Below are positions 29,035-39,143 of a stretch of 64,000 nt of DNA, piece by piece; the stretch's first letter is position 1, and the number at the start of each line of letters is the position of its first letter. Both the position numbers and the translations under genes were made by a program. The notes under the pieces were generated by a model. That model worked only from the letters and a program-made list of their open reading frames with translations. It did not search any database and was not told where the DNA came from. The DNA comes from a virus, in the UHGV virus genome UHGV-1440165, one strand, 5' to 3'.

Positions 29035-29673
29035 TTACGGTGTTGGGTTCACAACAGGAATATGGAATCTGATTCCAGCGATGATGTCCTTCAGCTGAGG
29101 TTTCCAGCCAGCCACCAAGCGAGGGAGAGCGACAGAACCGGGCTGAACTAAAATGATGTCGCTGCCTGTGATGTTGTGCTGAGGGAATTGGGCAAGATAT
29201 TGCTCCATTGTGACGCCCGGATCAATCAGAACAGGACCAACATCAGATGATGCATAAGTCGCACCCAGACCGTCAACACCCCATGCCAAGATACCCCAGT
29301 CAGGGATGTTGGCTTCAGATGTGATGGTGAACCCAAACACGGTGTTCAGCGAGGTGAAGGAGTAGACGTCGTGAGTGATGTCATACACCAGATACCCCTT
29401 GGCCAGCATATCGGCAAAGATCGCGTCTGTGTCTCCCGCCGCTGGAGTCGGTACGGTAAACAACAGCTCACCAGCCGGAGGAACAGGATACGTGCCGAGG
29501 GCATAGAGGCACCATGCGTCAATGCACTTCTTAATGAATGTCTCTGACGCCACATAATCGGCAAGGCGAACCGTGCCTGAGTACTCGGATACGATGATGC
29601 CTTCCTTCGCGCCCTGTAGAGCAATGAAGACCAAGATATGTTCATATCCGGTCTGGGATGGAGTGATGTTCAT
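29035..29673 (-). CDS. hypothetical protein (212 aa)
   Basis: ORF. Confidence 0.5.
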   Translation of the reverse strand: MNITPSQTGYEHILVFIALQGAKEGIIVSEYSGTVRLADYVASETFIKKCIDAWCLYALGTYPVPPAGELLFTVPTPAAGDTDAIFADMLAKGYLVYDITHDVYSFTSLNTVFGFTITSEANIPDWGILAWGVDGLGATYASSDVGPVLIDPGVTMEQYLAQFPQHNITGSDIILVQPGSVALPRLVAGWKPQLKDIIAGIRFHIPVVNPTP

Positions 29674-30287
29674 TATCTTGTCCTCTTCAGTTTCTCTATT
29701 GTGCGCTTGTTCATGGCGATCACCTGAGGGTCCACCTCAGAGATTGAGCGCCCTTTGAAGGACACACATTTCTGAAGATATTTAGCTTTCTTCACGACGT
29801 CAGCAGCATATGCATTGGACGCAGAATTACGGGCGAAGCCAGCATTGTACGAGGAGAGGGATTTGCGGACATTCTGTTTGTGATAGGTCAACCAGAACTG
29901 CATCTCATCGAGGGCGGCCTGAGCAGCATATTCCTGATCAGTCAGCAGCTTGACAGCAACATTGGCATAACACTTGCGATTCTTACAACCTTCGCGATCA
30001 CCAACAGTCTTCACCTTATTCTGAAAGGCTCCCATGTTGGCCGCCTTGAGGCCGTATCGCATTGACACTACATCTTCACCAGCGCGGCTCTCTCGCCAGG
30101 ATATGGCAGCCAGGGTGTAACCAAGATCTTGTGTCTTGCCTATGTGATAGGCAGTTGCCAGCGTATTAAGTTGTTGCTCAGAGAAATCATAAACACATTG
30201 ACTTGTATTTTGGGAAGCGTGCACATTCCCGCTGGCAATGGTAAAGGTCACGGATAAGGCCATGGCCTTCAACGTTGTCATCGTCAT
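29673..30287 (-). CDS. secreted protein with signal peptide; possible transglycosylase-like fold
   Basis: N-terminal signal peptide (cleavage near VHA-S); WRES motif; function uncertain. Confidence 0.4.
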   Translation of the reverse strand: MTMTTLKAMALSVTFTIASGNVHASQNTSQCVYDFSEQQLNTLATAYHIGKTQDLGYTLAAISWRESRAGEDVVSMRYGLKAANMGAFQNKVKTVGDREGCKNRKCYANVAVKLLTDQEYAAQAALDEMQFWLTYHKQNVRKSLSSYNAGFARNSASNAYAADVVKKAKYLQKCVSFKGRSISEVDPQVIAMNKRTIEKLKRTR

Positions 30288-30386
30288 GATGGCGTTCCTT
30301 ATGTGGTTTGTCGACTTGCAGCTCGATTGAGCCTCCTGACAGGGGTTAAAAGATAAAGGGCACGTGATATTTAGTGCCCTTCAGCC

Positions 30387-30671
30387 TCATTCGTAGATGA
30401 GGTGGTAGGATTCCTCGATACACTCCAGCCAGCCATAGACGAACTCCATCGGGTCATCCCAGGCCGTATTGGTCGCGACGGTGAAGTTGCCGTCCAGGAT
30501 CTGCATATCGTGGTACTTGTTGAAAGCGAGCACAGCGTCAACCACAATCAGGCCGCCTTGCTCAAGATAACGATTCGGATTGACCGTCACCTGATAATGC
30601 GGGTTCCGGCGGTTCCATATCTCCACAGCAATGTCACAGGATTCCTGAATTTCATCTTTGTTTTCTGACAT
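30387..30671 (-). CDS. hypothetical protein (94 aa)
   Basis: ORF. Confidence 0.45.
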   Translation of the reverse strand: MSENKDEIQESCDIAVEIWNRRNPHYQVTVNPNRYLEQGGLIVVDAVLAFNKYHDMQILDGNFTVATNTAWDDPMEFVYGWLECIEESYHLIYE

Positions 30672-30981
30672 ATGTTTGTCTCAGGTGTTCAGTAAAGGAT
30701 TTACCCAGCTTGCGGAATAGTTTAATACGCCCGATGACTTTGACGTAAACATCTCCGTGACAGGGGTGCGGCTTACACCAGCACCCCAGGATCTTCCCAT
30801 CAAGCTCAAGGAGTTCATCCTCGGTGATATCCCCTTCAATCAGGCGCACATACAGATCGTCCTCAAACAACTCTATGCAGTTGCCCCGCCCGTGGTCTTT
30901 GACCTCGAATGGGTTCCCCCATTTACCGGGACGACCGATGTAGATGTCGTATGGCTCCTTCTTGAAGTGGACGACTTTCAT
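30652..30981 (-). CDS. DUF4326-family protein
   Basis: Characteristic pattern VHFKKEPYDIYIGRPGKWGNPF ... GCWCKPHPCHGDV. Confidence 0.6.
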   Translation of the reverse strand: MKVVHFKKEPYDIYIGRPGKWGNPFEVKDHGRGNCIELFEDDLYVRLIEGDITEDELLELDGKILGCWCKPHPCHGDVYVKVIGRIKLFRKLGKSFTEHLRQTYVRKQR

Positions 30982-31146
30982 TTCAGGATTTGACCTGCAA
31001 GTAGATAACAGAACCAGACAGAGAACCCGAGATACCCCAGTGCTTTCAGGTAGTTTTTCCTTTCGGTTTCACGAGAAAATGCAATGATGTCAATGATGCA
31101 TGCAAAGATCAGAATAGCCAGTTTAATTTGTTCGTAGTTCATGATC
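30982..31146 (-). CDS. small membrane protein (~54 aa), not in ORF track; coordinates approximate
   Basis: Hand translation MNYEQIKLAILIFACIIDIIAF...; ATG overlaps stop of gp46-like gene (ATGA). Confidence 0.3.
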
Positions 31147-33481
31147 AATCCTTCTTGATAACTTCGGTCAGGCCGTTGCGCAGGCCATAGCGAATATTGT
31201 GTTGGAAGTATTCCTGGAACTCCTGCTCACGCTGGCTGATGACAAACAGGTTGTTTCCGCCGAACTTATGCTTCAGCATCTCAACCGATTCCTGCACCCC
31301 GCGCTCACTCATGTTCTCAAGGATTTCGTCCAGGACAAACAGATTACATTGCACCGATGCCTTGAGGTTAGCCACGTCACGCAGAGCTAGTGTCACCGCC
31401 AGGTTCAGGCGGCTCCGCTGGCCAGTAGACAGGGAGAAGATGCTCTGCCCCTTGCGGCCTGCTGCACTCATGGTGATCTCAAAGGTATCGTCAACAACGA
31501 TGTCCAGGAACATATTGAGGGCTTCAAGATACTCGTTGATCTTGCTATTGAGGAATGGCAAGTACAGGGCGATGATGCGCGCCTTGGTCTGATCATCCTT
31601 CAGGAAGAACAACAGGTGCTGTAAGTCCTGGAGTTCCTGGTCAGCATCCTCGCCGCGCTGGTATAGATCTTCCAGTTCACCCTCAATCGAGGAGATGGCA
31701 TTCTCCAGGTCGGCGGTAGGCGTCGGCTGTACGGCCAGTTTACGCTCCAGGTCGGCAATGGACGCCACGAGAGGAGCACGACGGGCTTTCATCTCGGCGA
31801 TCTTATCATCGACGGCTTTAATCCCGCTGACGGCATTCTCTCGCGTTTGTTGTAGTGACGCAGTGATATCATCGAAGCGCACATTCAGTGCCTTGCGGAT
31901 ATCAAGGATCTTCTGCTGGCATTCACGATTCAGAGAGTTGCACTCAATCGTGGCTGCATCATGGAATCCCTGAATGTCACGGCGCAGTTGCTTGATGTTA
32001 TCAACGATCTCATCAGCCTGTTTGCGCATGGCGTCCAGTTCAGCATCCAACACAGCAATGTCCGCAACCAGCTTGTCGTCCTGAGCCTTATGGTCATCAA
32101 TCAGGGCAGTGACTTCGGCGGTGACTTTATCCAACTGGTTTAACTTCGATTGCAGTTCCTGGATCTGAGGATTGTACTCGCTCTCAATGCGCGCTTTGGT
32201 ATCGTCGGACACCAGCTGGGTACACGTCGGGCAAGTCCCCATGTCGTGGAAGCGCTTGATGGCTGACTGATGGCCGTCCATTTCTGTTTGGAAACGGATG
32301 CGGAAGTTCTCACCCTGTTGGCGGCGCTGGATAGCAGCGTTCAGGGCGTCCAGGTTTGTGTTGCGCTCGGTGAGCAGAGTGTTTTTGCTTTCGGCTACTG
32401 TAAAGGCGCGGTCACGCAGGACCTGAAGATCATGCTCAGCAGCAGAAACCTCGATGCGTTCATAATCGTCGGCCTTTTCCTGGGCGACATCCTTCACCGC
32501 CTGGATCTTGGCATCAAAGTCTTTCTTGACAGCCTCGATCTCCACCATGGATTCATCATGCAGGCGGCTTTCTACCGTCTTCATTTCCTGGGTGGCTTCA
32601 AACTCAACCGCAGTGAGGCGGGTGCGCTCCTCATTCTGTGCGGCGATGTCAGCGTCCAAGGACTTCAGGGCTTCCTGTTGCTGTAAAAGGATATCAGCCG
32701 ACTGCTGCTGGATCAGGGCGTTGGATTGCTCAATCTGCTGCAGCTGCGTTTTCTTGTTCGTGTGGTCAACAACCTTCAGGGCGCACTCATTGGCGATCGT
32801 GTCCAGCTTTTCGTTCGCTTTCTTGATGGACGCCTTGACATCTTCATTCATCAGGCTGAAGAAGCCCAAGTCCCAGATAGTCTCCACCATGGCGCGGCGG
32901 TCGGCGGTGTACATCTCGGTGAACGGAATGAACTTCTCTTTACCCAGCACCAGAGAGTTCTCAAACATCTTCTGGTCCACTCCGATGAGGTTCACGATGT
33001 ACTTGTTCATGTCGGCTTTGGCTGCTTCGTTATCGATCTGCATCCATTTGCCGTCCACCATCTGATGGACTTCAACAAAGTCAGGCTTGATGCCACGACG
33101 AACCTTCCATTCGCTGCCACGGCAGGCAAACTCCACCTCACCCACACATTCCTTGCGGCTCTGTGAGTTCACCAGGCCTGCCTTCTTCTCCTTCTTGCTG
33201 TACGTGTCGTTGTACAGTACGAAGAACAACAGCCATACCAGCATCGTGGATTTACCCGCGCCGTTATCGTCAGACGTGACGAGGGTGGCCGGGTTGCGCT
33301 GGTAATCGATCTCCATGAACTGATTGCCGATGGAGCGGAAGTTCTTGGCGCGGCCTTTGCGGAAGGTCAGTTTGTGCGTAATGTTGTCACACACTTCAAA
33401 TGGGACTTCGACCTCAACCGGAGTGTCGGCTACCTTCAAAAGATTGCCAAATTTGGCCAGGATATCTGTGCTCTGAGTCAT
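31145..33481 (-). CDS. Rad50/SbcC-like recombination ATPase (T4 gp46-like)
   Basis: Walker A DDNGAGKST, long coiled coil with zinc-hook CPTC, signature LSTGQRSR, Walker B LFVLDE. Confidence 0.85.
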   Translation of the reverse strand: MTQSTDILAKFGNLLKVADTPVEVEVPFEVCDNITHKLTFRKGRAKNFRSIGNQFMEIDYQRNPATLVTSDDNGAGKSTMLVWLLFFVLYNDTYSKKEKKAGLVNSQSRKECVGEVEFACRGSEWKVRRGIKPDFVEVHQMVDGKWMQIDNEAAKADMNKYIVNLIGVDQKMFENSLVLGKEKFIPFTEMYTADRRAMVETIWDLGFFSLMNEDVKASIKKANEKLDTIANECALKVVDHTNKKTQLQQIEQSNALIQQQSADILLQQQEALKSLDADIAAQNEERTRLTAVEFEATQEMKTVESRLHDESMVEIEAVKKDFDAKIQAVKDVAQEKADDYERIEVSAAEHDLQVLRDRAFTVAESKNTLLTERNTNLDALNAAIQRRQQGENFRIRFQTEMDGHQSAIKRFHDMGTCPTCTQLVSDDTKARIESEYNPQIQELQSKLNQLDKVTAEVTALIDDHKAQDDKLVADIAVLDAELDAMRKQADEIVDNIKQLRRDIQGFHDAATIECNSLNRECQQKILDIRKALNVRFDDITASLQQTRENAVSGIKAVDDKIAEMKARRAPLVASIADLERKLAVQPTPTADLENAISSIEGELEDLYQRGEDADQELQDLQHLLFFLKDDQTKARIIALYLPFLNSKINEYLEALNMFLDIVVDDTFEITMSAAGRKGQSIFSLSTGQRSRLNLAVTLALRDVANLKASVQCNLFVLDEILENMSERGVQESVEMLKHKFGGNNLFVISQREQEFQEYFQHNIRYGLRNGLTEVIKKD

Positions 33482-33482
33482 G

Positions 33483-34598
33483 TTATGCGTCCAATTTGTT
33501 CAGGCGTTGTTGGGCAGCATTGTAGAAATGCTCTGCCAGTTTACAGACGTTGTCAGGGCGCTGGATGTTGTTCCCGGCGCGGATATCCTTCTTCAGGACT
33601 TCCACCGCATCGGTCGCCACCATCTCTTCGGTGACCTCAACCTTCTCAGCCGCCACTGTAATCGTCCGGTCTATGAAGTTGTAGTCAATGCACTTGCAGC
33701 GCTTCATTGCATCACAGAACTTTTCATAATGCTTGGCGTTGTCACGGTTCTGTACGATAACCTTAACGATTTGCCCTTCAATACCCAAGCCTGTGTTCAG
33801 CCATTCCGGGTCGATCCAGTTGCCTTCTTCATCGGAGGACAACTTGGTGTAGTCATACTCCACGAACCGGAAGAGCGTCTGGTGCTCGGCGTTCGGGATA
33901 AAGATCTCGCCACCGCGCATGTCGTCTACATAGAAGCCCCGGTTGGTGCCGTCTTTGTAGTCTTCCCAGTTCAGGTGATACGGAGTCCCAATATACTGAA
34001 TGTTACCTTCCATCGAACGGGTATGGAAATGCCCTGTGTCGACCCGGTCAAACTTGGAAAGCAATGCAACGTCGATCTGACCGTGATCACAAGTAGAGGA
34101 CTGGTACATTTTGAACCCTGCCAGCTCCAGATGCGCAAAACAGTACTTGGCGTCTGTATCTTGTATCGCCTTAATAGACGCATCATAGTTCTCCTTGTTG
34201 ATCCACGGTAGGAGCAGGGTCTTAACGCCCTCGATCATTACTTCAGTCGGTTCACTGTAATAGTGATAGACATCTGGGTCGAGTTCGTTCAGGTAGGACG
34301 GCCAGTTGATGCGGTTGGACTCTTCCAGGGTGATGTCATGGTTGCCCACGATGCCATTCCACTTGATACCAGCAGCTTTCAGCGCAGGAGTGAGTTCGTC
34401 CTTCAGCCAGTCTTTGTCGCGCCCGTACATGAATTTGCGGACATCAAAGGTGTCACCAAACTGCCAGATCTCTTTGATGTCAGAGTCAACAAGCTCAGGG
34501 ATGAAGTAATTGATGAGATAGTTCTTTATGAAGTCGCGAACGTAACGGGAACCATTACGGCTCCCGATATGCAGATCGCCGATTTTAGCAATCGCCAT
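33483..34598 (-). CDS. Mre11/SbcD-like nuclease (T4 gp47-like)
   Basis: Calcineurin-like phosphoesterase motifs GDLHIG, GDTFD, GNHD. Confidence 0.85.
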   Translation of the reverse strand: MAIAKIGDLHIGSRNGSRYVRDFIKNYLINYFIPELVDSDIKEIWQFGDTFDVRKFMYGRDKDWLKDELTPALKAAGIKWNGIVGNHDITLEESNRINWPSYLNELDPDVYHYYSEPTEVMIEGVKTLLLPWINKENYDASIKAIQDTDAKYCFAHLELAGFKMYQSSTCDHGQIDVALLSKFDRVDTGHFHTRSMEGNIQYIGTPYHLNWEDYKDGTNRGFYVDDMRGGEIFIPNAEHQTLFRFVEYDYTKLSSDEEGNWIDPEWLNTGLGIEGQIVKVIVQNRDNAKHYEKFCDAMKRCKCIDYNFIDRTITVAAEKVEVTEEMVATDAVEVLKKDIRAGNNIQRPDNVCKLAEHFYNAAQQRLNKLDA

Positions 34599-35326
34599 TA
34601 TTCTGTTTCTCCTTCGTTTTCGTCCAGATCGAATTGGGTGTTGCCGAAGTCTTGATCTGAATTGTCTTCGGCCTGCGCTGTTACCGTATTCTTACCTTGT
34701 GACATGTATTGAAGTATGCCTTTCGCGATCTTTTTGTTCGATTCGGCGGCTCGGGCGTTCTCTACCTTCTCCCGCTCCTTCTGTCTTTGGGCATCCTTCT
34801 TGTTTTCGAAGTTTCCGATGCGCTCGCGGAAGTCCATGCCAATCCCAGTGGCATCAACAAAGATCTCTTGTTGGAAGTCAGGATCATCGGCCAGGCCTGC
34901 AAATCCACCTGCCTCTTCAAAGGAACGCAGCTTGATGTATGTGTGCTCTTCTTCTATGTTCAGCTTGCGGGCAAATGAGCGGTCAGCGCACATGGTCACC
35001 CAGGAGAAGAAGTTGATCTTGCCTTTGCGCCCGACGTGACCAACATCGAAGGTGTGGAGATAGCGAAGGATGTTGACTACAGCTTCAGACACCATGTCAT
35101 CGCGGTACGGATAATCGCGGTAATTGTAGCGGGTGCTCATCTTGCTGATGATGCGCTGGACCTGGACTGCAACGTAGTTGGGGATCTTGGGGAGCGGTGT
35201 GCCTTCAGTTAATGCCTTCTTGCGAGCGGGGATCCAATCACGAAGGATACTGATGACACGCTCGTTATCTTCGTCCGTAAAATATTTGACGACATTCTCG
35301 CCACGATCAACATAATTCATACCCAT
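34598..35326 (-). CDS. late-transcription sigma factor (T4 gp55-like)
   Basis: Region similar to gp55 core; gene order 55-47-46 as in T4; TATAAATA boxes present in window. Confidence 0.55.
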   Translation of the reverse strand: MGMNYVDRGENVVKYFTDEDNERVISILRDWIPARKKALTEGTPLPKIPNYVAVQVQRIISKMSTRYNYRDYPYRDDMVSEAVVNILRYLHTFDVGHVGRKGKINFFSWVTMCADRSFARKLNIEEEHTYIKLRSFEEAGGFAGLADDPDFQQEIFVDATGIGMDFRERIGNFENKKDAQRQKEREKVENARAAESNKKIAKGILQYMSQGKNTVTAQAEDNSDQDFGNTQFDLDENEGETE

Positions 35327-35337
35327 TGTGGGAACCC

Positions 35338-35865
35338 TCAGATACCGATAAATTCATCAAAAGATCCAACAACCTTCTTCACAGAGATCTTGTCGTTCTC
35401 AATCAGGAAGTTGCTGTCGTTCTTGGCTGCGGTAGCCCATGTGTCCGCGAGTTCATTGCCTTCAACACCCGCATGACCTTTGACCCATTTTAGTTCAACT
35501 TCACAAATTGAACTAACGAGATCATATATTCTGAACAGATCTTTTATGAGTTCAACATTCTTTTCCGGGAACCCCTGATACTCCCACTTGGCTCGCCATT
35601 CGGTGACGCTCTTGATGGTGTATTGACTGTCAGACCAAATTGTTGCCTTTGGTATCCTGCGCTCACCCTTTCCCGAGAATGCCCACAGTAGCTTCAATGC
35701 GTTGGTCACACCCAACAACTCGGCGATGTTGTTGGTGGACGGAGGAGGTAGGTGGCCGAAGAACACCTTCCATTGCATACCCGATATCGGCCTGATGGCA
35801 AAAGCCCACCCTGCAGCCTGATTTGTCCGAGGGTTAGAACCCCCGTCAGAAAAGATTTCAATCAT
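35338..35865 (-). CDS. rnhA: ribonuclease H (RNase HI type)
   Basis: SDGGS, TNNIAELLG, SDSQY, KGHAGVEGNELAD catalytic motifs; start at MIEIF. Confidence 0.75.
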   Translation of the reverse strand: MIEIFSDGGSNPRTNQAAGWAFAIRPISGMQWKVFFGHLPPPSTNNIAELLGVTNALKLLWAFSGKGERRIPKATIWSDSQYTIKSVTEWRAKWEYQGFPEKNVELIKDLFRIYDLVSSICEVELKWVKGHAGVEGNELADTWATAAKNDSNFLIENDKISVKKVVGSFDEFIGI

Positions 35866-35867
35866 GA

Positions 35868-35875
35868 TATAAATA
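35868..35875 (+). promoter_or_regulatory. T4-type late promoter box TATAAATA
   Basis: Exact box ~36 nt upstream of ATG at 35911. Confidence 0.5.
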
Positions 35876-35910
35876 TCCCAAACTGGTTTTATAGAAAGAG
35901 GAATGAAACT

Positions 35911-36678
35911 ATGGCACCCCGCGCATATCGTTTCAGTCTCACCGCCCCGCAGATTGAGCAATTGCTCCTTTCTATCAATGATGCTATCAAGTCAGAAGAT
36001 ATCATCTATGATTATGCTACAGGTGGGACTGTTGGGCAAGTCGCAGCAGCGTCTGCCGTCAAGAACATGTGGCTCAAGCTCAATGAGATGGTGACAGGCC
36101 AAGGCCTCAAAGACGCCATCAACAGTGCTGGCGACAGCAACGTGTTCACCGACTATTATAAGTCTCTTCTGGATCGCGAAGGCTGGAAATTTATTGGCTC
36201 CCCAGCAGATATCCTGGCTCGAGACGATATCGACACCACGAACTTCACGGGCGGCGAAGTCATTCTACTTCAGAAGAACGCCTCAGGCAACCCTGAGTTC
36301 CAATACTGGAAGCGAACTCCCGTCGCGGGTGGTGACCCTACCTTCGCCTGGGCTTCGGTCTATGAAGGGAACTCCAACGACTCAACAATCGAAATCCCGG
36401 TGATCGGCACGAGCGTCCTCAAAGACATTCCCAAGGCTCTCTTCCATATGGTGGAGTTCCGAGTTCATGTCTATGACGAAACGCTGGGGCACTGGCAGGA
36501 TACAGACGGCAAGGTCGGTTATCGTGGTGAGGATCTGTTCTACAGCACGTACAATCATGTGCAGACCAAACCGCTCGCCACCATTGACTTCAGCCAAGAC
36601 ACAGACAGCATGAAGATCTCCGTGACTTCCCTGGAGCCGAATGTCAAATGCCATCTGTCGTTTATCGCTGGTTACTAA
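35911..36678 (+). CDS. hypothetical late protein (probable virion component)
   Basis: AAGAGGAA RBS; late promoter; plus-strand like other structural genes. Confidence 0.45.
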   Translation: MAPRAYRFSLTAPQIEQLLLSINDAIKSEDIIYDYATGGTVGQVAAASAVKNMWLKLNEMVTGQGLKDAINSAGDSNVFTDYYKSLLDREGWKFIGSPADILARDDIDTTNFTGGEVILLQKNASGNPEFQYWKRTPVAGGDPTFAWASVYEGNSNDSTIEIPVIGTSVLKDIPKALFHMVEFRVHVYDETLGHWQDTDGKVGYRGEDLFYSTYNHVQTKPLATIDFSQDTDSMKISVTSLEPNVKCHLSFIAGY

Positions 36679-38393
36679 ACCTCAAACACGGCATCGGTAA
36701 ACCAGGCGGGGAAGAACTCTGGGTTGCGCATCATCAATGATTCAAAAGACGAATCAAGGATGTATGTCGCAGCCCAGTCATTCACACCCCTGACCGAACG
36801 CCCGCACATCTGAACGATACGCAGCACCGCCATCCTGAAGTACGCCGAAGGGTCTACACTGTTGACATGAGCTACAAGCGGGTCACCCAGGTAGTCATAA
36901 GGCACTTTGATCAGGATTTGGAAGCGGCTGTAATCGCCTTTGAAGTCATACCCCTCTTCCATAGCCGGACTGGCAATCACACAAGGCTGCTTGGTCCGGA
37001 ACGCATGTTCCATGATATCCATCAGGGCTTTGCGAGTACGAGGCACATGAATGATGTTCCGGTACTTGCTGAACTTCTGTAGAGCCAGGGCACGGTCATA
37101 GCTAACGGTGTGGATGATACCGGACTGGCCGGGATGAAATGCGATGATCTCGTCCACGTACTCAGCCAGCTTCTTCATCTCGTAGTCGCCCATGTTCGCC
37201 GTCATCTTCATGACGGGCATGTAGTTGACCTTGCGATTCTCAATCGGGATAGGGTTGCCGATCTGAATCTTGTGGTACTCGCCATCACGGATGCCCAGTG
37301 ACCGGGCGTACGAGTCGATCCCGCAGATGGTCGCCGACATATGAACATGGTAATCGCCCTTGCGAAACAGGCCGAACTGGGACACATCAGACGCGATGAC
37401 AGGCTTGAACTGAATCATGCCCTTGTCCTTCTCCTGAACGATGAAGGTGCTGGCGTTGGTCTGTCCCATGATGCCGCAGTAGTCGCTGAGGTTGTGAAGG
37501 GTGTCTATGATGTCCGACAGCTTCATCACCTGGGCTTCCGTCAGGCGCTCGTCCTCGACCAGTTCCTCAAGAGTTTCCAGCAGGGCTTCAACCTTATCAT
37601 GCAGGTCGTCAAAGATTGCATGCATCTCACCTGTCAGCGAGTACAGCTTGCCCAACTCATAGTTCTCTGTGCGGATTACGATATCTTTGATGATCTCCAC
37701 GATAGGCACTCCCTCGGGGATCGTAAGCAACCCTTCCACAGCCTTTATGCTGTATTCCATGATCGTGTGCTCTAGGAGCGTAGAGGGCATCTTATGGCAC
37801 TCGTCAAGGATCAACATATCGGCACGGTTTTCTGGCTTCATACAGATCGTCGTACACATCTCCACCATCATGGCGGCGTTGGTGCAGCGCAGGGAGGAGA
37901 CGTCTGTCCACTGACGTCGCGCCTGAACATATGGGCAACGATTCTTGCTGCAGTGGCCATCCCGGCATGCCATACGGCACTGGATGGCGTTGTAGTACAG
38001 GTCAGGGCTGATATGGCAACGATAGTTCTTCTTGCCTTTCAGGATGTCTATCACCACTGCCCTTTCAGCCGCATACTGATCTTGCAGCCCTTTGGTCGGT
38101 GTCGTAATAGACGTGCGGAACTGACCATATGGGTTGCGCTCAAGAACCAGGTGGCGAAGCACATTATGAATAGTAGTACCGATCAGGGATTTACCCACAC
38201 CAGTTGGAGCCTCAATGATCACGTGTTTGACCTTCTTGTTCACGAGGGCATCAACGGCTTCAACGATGCATTCCATCTGGCCGGGGTTGGCGGTGTCGTA
38301 TGGGAAGAACTCAGTAGCAAGAGACTTGATGCGGTCTATGCTGACTGGTCCGACGCCATCGAGCGCCTTGGTGTATTGGTTGAATGCTGTCAC
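36675..38393 (-). CDS. DinG/Rad3(XPD)-family ATP-dependent helicase with Fe-S cluster domain
   Basis: Walker A EAPTGVGKS, DEAH-like LILDECH, four-Cys cluster CRMACRDGHCSKNRCPY. Confidence 0.65.
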   Translation of the reverse strand: MTAFNQYTKALDGVGPVSIDRIKSLATEFFPYDTANPGQMECIVEAVDALVNKKVKHVIIEAPTGVGKSLIGTTIHNVLRHLVLERNPYGQFRTSITTPTKGLQDQYAAERAVVIDILKGKKNYRCHISPDLYYNAIQCRMACRDGHCSKNRCPYVQARRQWTDVSSLRCTNAAMMVEMCTTICMKPENRADMLILDECHKMPSTLLEHTIMEYSIKAVEGLLTIPEGVPIVEIIKDIVIRTENYELGKLYSLTGEMHAIFDDLHDKVEALLETLEELVEDERLTEAQVMKLSDIIDTLHNLSDYCGIMGQTNASTFIVQEKDKGMIQFKPVIASDVSQFGLFRKGDYHVHMSATICGIDSYARSLGIRDGEYHKIQIGNPIPIENRKVNYMPVMKMTANMGDYEMKKLAEYVDEIIAFHPGQSGIIHTVSYDRALALQKFSKYRNIIHVPRTRKALMDIMEHAFRTKQPCVIASPAMEEGYDFKGDYSRFQILIKVPYDYLGDPLVAHVNSVDPSAYFRMAVLRIVQMCGRSVRGVNDWAATYILDSSFESLMMRNPEFFPAWFTDAVFEV

Positions 38394-38439
38394 TTGCTTC
38401 CTCCTATGGGATTCGCCTTTAGTTTAACCGATTCCCAAG

Positions 38440-38470
38440 AACGAAAAAGCCGGAGCGTTTGCCCCGGCTT
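38440..38470 (-). terminator. rho-independent terminator (AGCCGGGGCAAACGCTCCGGCT + TTTT)
   Basis: Stem-loop plus T-run after HU gene. Confidence 0.6.
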
Positions 38471-38521
38471 TCTCTTTTGCCATGCCCTGCGTTGCAGAGC
38501 CAGGCCGCGCGTCAGATAGAA

Positions 38522-38800
38522 TTACTTGCCGTTGGCAGCGTTCTTCAGACCTTCGCCCACTTTGAATTTCACAACGTTTTTCGCCGCGATCTGAATGGTC
38601 TGGCCGTTCAGAGGATTGCGACCTTCACGAGCTTCTTGTGCTTTAACTTCGAACGCGCCGAAGCCGACCAGCTGTACAGACGCGCCTGCAGCAACTGCAG
38701 TTTTAACGCCGTCGATAAAGGATGCCACTACTTTCTCCGCTTCGCCTTTGGTGATGTTCTGGGTCGAAGCAATGTGGGCAACAAATTCAGTACGATTCAT
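38522..38800 (-). CDS. HU/IHF-like DNA-binding protein
   Basis: MNRTEFV...GFGAFEVKAQEAREGRNP...; GGAGAAA RBS. Confidence 0.75.
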   Translation of the reverse strand: MNRTEFVAHIASTQNITKGEAEKVVASFIDGVKTAVAAGASVQLVGFGAFEVKAQEAREGRNPLNGQTIQIAAKNVVKFKVGEGLKNAANGK

Positions 38801-38894
38801 CTGGATTTCTCCGTTTGGGTTAATGTTTACTTTCATGTTCACTACAAGAGGACTACAGCTTACCTAACAAAACATATTGAATAAAGCGAAATTA

Positions 38895-39143
38895 TTAGTT
38901 TTCCGCCATGACTTCATTCGTCATCGTTCCCCTGCACCTACAGTGTTCACAGACCACGGCAACGCAAGGCTTAAACTTCTGAACACTGGCGACGGGGACA
39001 TTCACCGCATTTGGAAAAACTGGAATCTCTCTGGCTTCAATCCGTTGCTCAGAGAGACGGTCTTCATCCAAGAAGGTGACTGTCTTGTGCGGACAACGCA
39101 TTGACGCTTCACCTTCCCAGGTGATTACTGTGTTTGAGGTCAT
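38895..39143 (-). CDS. small Cys-rich protein (putative zinc-binding)
   Basis: CPH...CVAVVCEHCRC. Confidence 0.4.
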   Translation of the reverse strand: MTSNTVITWEGEASMRCPHKTVTFLDEDRLSEQRIEAREIPVFPNAVNVPVASVQKFKPCVAVVCEHCRCRGTMTNEVMAEN

